A DNA stretch of 63,946 bases, the filler included, from Octopus bimaculoides (taxonomy: Eukaryota), in assembly GCF_001194135.2 (NCBI RefSeq). It is 9 parts of 9 records of this genome, joined end to end, with 100 filler letters (N's around TTAATTAATTAA, not from the genome) between each part and the next. Parts side by side here need not be neighbours in the genome. Positions count along the whole stretch, not along the records: positions 62,906 to 63,946 come from NC_069002.1; 8 more parts are not named here. One strand, given 5' to 3'. Each line of letters begins with the position of its first letter. Positions within the stretch are counted from its first letter, which is position 1. Positions 63,561 to 63,946 of this stretch are shown one piece after another. Both the position numbers and the translations under genes were made by a program. The notes beneath the pieces are model-generated. The model worked only from the letters and a program-made list of their open reading frames with translations. It made no database searches and was not told the DNA's origin.

Positions 63561-63946
63561 TTCTGACGGACGTGCTGTCACATCGGCTACAGAGGTAAAC
63601 GTTTTTTTGACCTTATATTGCCCAAATTTGTTAAAAGATTTTTCATATAATCTGTGCGAAGCACCCAAGCTTCATTTGTATATTTTTCGAAGGGAGGAAT
63701 TGGCCCCTAGGGGCAGTTCCAGCCCCGTCAAAATATAAATTTTTTCTCGGCATTTGGAAAAATATCGAGAAACATTGTTTTCGAACGCTGTTCCAGTCCG
63801 TTCTTCGAACATCACTTCCCTAGCCTTGGAACGCTAGAGAAGAAAAAGATTGAAAACTGCACGCGCACACAAAAAGAAATTTCTAAGAACGTCATCAAAA
63901 CAGCAACCGCACATATTGACAGCCCTCTCACCACCACCACCACCAC

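Overview
AT-rich, microsatellite- and transposon-dense animal scaffold. The SINE families and repeat make-up look like Octopus (recalled resemblance, not searched). Eight identical artificial 100-nt spacers (44 N + TTAATTAATTAA + 44 N) and many N gaps break it up, so adjacency across them is unproven. One host gene is well supported: the 3' six coding exons (2658-12346, + strand, 340 aa, N-terminal part missing) of an SLC22 organic cation/anion transporter ending in a PDZ-type tail (DTKF). A possible terminal exon of a second gene lies at 63152-63350. The rest is mostly decayed mobile DNA: R4/Dong-like restriction-like-endonuclease (RLE) LINEs, RTE and CR1 LINEs, a Penelope-like element with GIY-YIG nuclease, Tc1/mariner and piggyBac-like MITEs, and at least five tRNA-derived SINE families (labelled A-E here). 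The most notable observations are: (i) a head-to-tail stack of five different R4/Dong-like 3' ends joined by (AAT)n right behind the SLC22 stop codon; (ii) a distinct RLE lineage whose two copies are bounded by (CATA)n at both ends, suggesting microsatellite-type-specific targeting; (iii) a variant minimal hammerhead-like motif; (iv) a splice-dependent PDZ tail. No rRNA, true tRNA gene or CRISPR array was found. TE coordinates are approximate unless a TSD or TIR is quoted.
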